Source: an uncultured Pseudomonadales bacterium (lineage in GTDB: Bacteria; Patescibacteriota; Microgenomatia; UBA1400; UBA12108). Taken from it: a stretch of 64,000 nt of DNA. The notes below the pieces were generated by a model that saw only the letters and a program-made list of their open reading frames with translations, made no database searches and was not told the DNA's origin. The stretch spans positions 15,072 through 79,071 of the forward strand of contig CAZDRB010000001.1 of NCBI GenBank assembly GCA_964507925.1, written 5' to 3'. Below, in pieces: positions 63,389-64,000 of the stretch (the stretch's first letter is position 1; every line of letters begins with the position of its first letter). Position numbers and translations under genes: made by a program.

Positions 63389-63859
63389 TTATTTGCCCTT
63401 TCGATTAATAAGCTGCTGTTCTTCTTTGGATAAGGGGTGGTCTATTCCATCCCCACCTTTTATTGATTTTACATAAAACCTTGTATTTTCTCTACTATGA
63501 AGTGAGGTGATCACAACACCATCACTGTTCCCATCAAGTAGCGCCAGGATAAAGCTCTGATCTCCGCCTGTGTCACCGAAAGGATTAAAGCGCTTGAGAA
63601 CGACTCTCTGAACGTGTAAAAGGCTCTCGTTTTTGAGCTTGAGGAGGCCTTTTTTGAGGGAGTCAGTGCGATGCTCGTGTTCGGCGAGAGTTTTTTGGAT
63701 TCCCTCAAGAACGTTGTGAAGGGTTTTTTGGTCGATATTCTTGGTTAGCGAGTTGTAGTGCCGACTTAATCTGCCGAGCCAAAACATGAGAATAAGATTG
63801 AGAATCAGTGAGAGACCAGTGAGTGCGGCGAGGATAAGCGTTTCTTGAGATAAGACCAT
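63389..63859 (-). CDS. DUF4446-like membrane-anchored protein
   Basis: N-terminal TM, then FNPFGDTGGDQSF, recalled as the DUF4446 signature. Start at MVLSQETL (ATG 63859). Confidence 0.5.
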   Translation of the reverse strand: MVLSQETLILAALTGLSLILNLILMFWLGRLSRHYNSLTKNIDQKTLHNVLEGIQKTLAEHEHRTDSLKKGLLKLKNESLLHVQRVVLKRFNPFGDTGGDQSFILALLDGNSDGVVITSLHSRENTRFYVKSIKGGDGIDHPLSKEEQQLINRKGK

Positions 63860-63937
63860 GAAGATATGATAGCAGATAGTTTCGTAAGTGGTAATAATGT
63901 ATATTAAAACCATGGCTATTGTAAGTTATGATCATCA

Positions 63938-64000
63938 TGGACTGACCGAGGCGGTCTCGAGTTCAGTTAAGGTTTCGGCGATTATAAAGGTATTATCTTT
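63938..64000 (-). CDS. 3' end (last ~20 codons) of a minus-strand gene that starts beyond the window end
   Basis: rc of 64000..63938 reads KDNTFIIAETLTELETASVSP* in an open frame. Function unknown. Confidence 0.25.

Noticed and set aside
63705-63938. Track ORF 63705..63938- (77 aa)
   Set aside because: Overlaps the DUF4446 gene in another frame, with no motif and His/Tyr-rich low-complexity translation. The real feature at the window end is the separate C-terminal fragment 63938..64000.
1-64000. Searched by eye for CRISPR arrays, rRNA genes, tmRNA/SRP RNA and IS transposases
   Set aside because: No short regularly spaced perfect repeats, no rRNA-like conserved blocks, and no DDE/transposase-like ORFs found. 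The only mobile-type enzyme is the serine recombinase.

Overview
This 64 kb window looks like a small-genome, streamlined bacterium. It has split secD/secF, a short archaeal-type AspRS, a reduced RNase P RNA and many DUF proteins, so a CPR/Patescibacteria-like lineage is a reasonable but low-confidence inference. Most of the window is dense housekeeping on both strands: secA, serS, lysS, greA, ung, lon, proS, glmS, gltX, aspS, recJ, cca, secDF, hpt, mscL, msrAB. Between ung and a tRNA-Glu gene sits an AT-richer ~8 kb accessory island (about 13.4-21.6 kb). It ends in a small integrative module (DUF5681 phage-like protein, XRE regulator, large serine recombinase whose 3' end overlaps tRNA-Glu). 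It carries only uncharacterised cargo: a divergent 182 aa / 587 aa gene pair, a 6-Cys small secreted protein, two 107-nt diverged direct repeats flanking a small acidic ORF, and a secreted protein with a paralog elsewhere in the window. This island is the best candidate for an undescribed system. A second notable block (31.3-39.5 kb) is a metal-homeostasis supercluster: ZupT, a Fur-family (Zur-like) repressor with a clear palindromic operator, a His-rich secreted paralog under that operator, a Ca-type P-ATPase, CopZ, a membrane protein with C-terminal cupredoxin domain, CopA, and an ArsR regulator fused to a TRASH/YHS metal-binding domain. RNA features are tRNA-Glu(CUC), tRNA-Gln(CUG), a ~285-nt RNase P RNA, a canonical T-box antiterminator/terminator leader upstream of an ornithine cyclodeaminase - tRNA-binding protein - proS operon (predicted proline-responsive), and a glmS-ribozyme-like 5' UTR upstream of glmS. 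Many plus-strand genes show a recurring leaderless-type promoter architecture: a -10 hexamer about 6 nt upstream of the ATG. No CRISPR array and no rRNA were seen.
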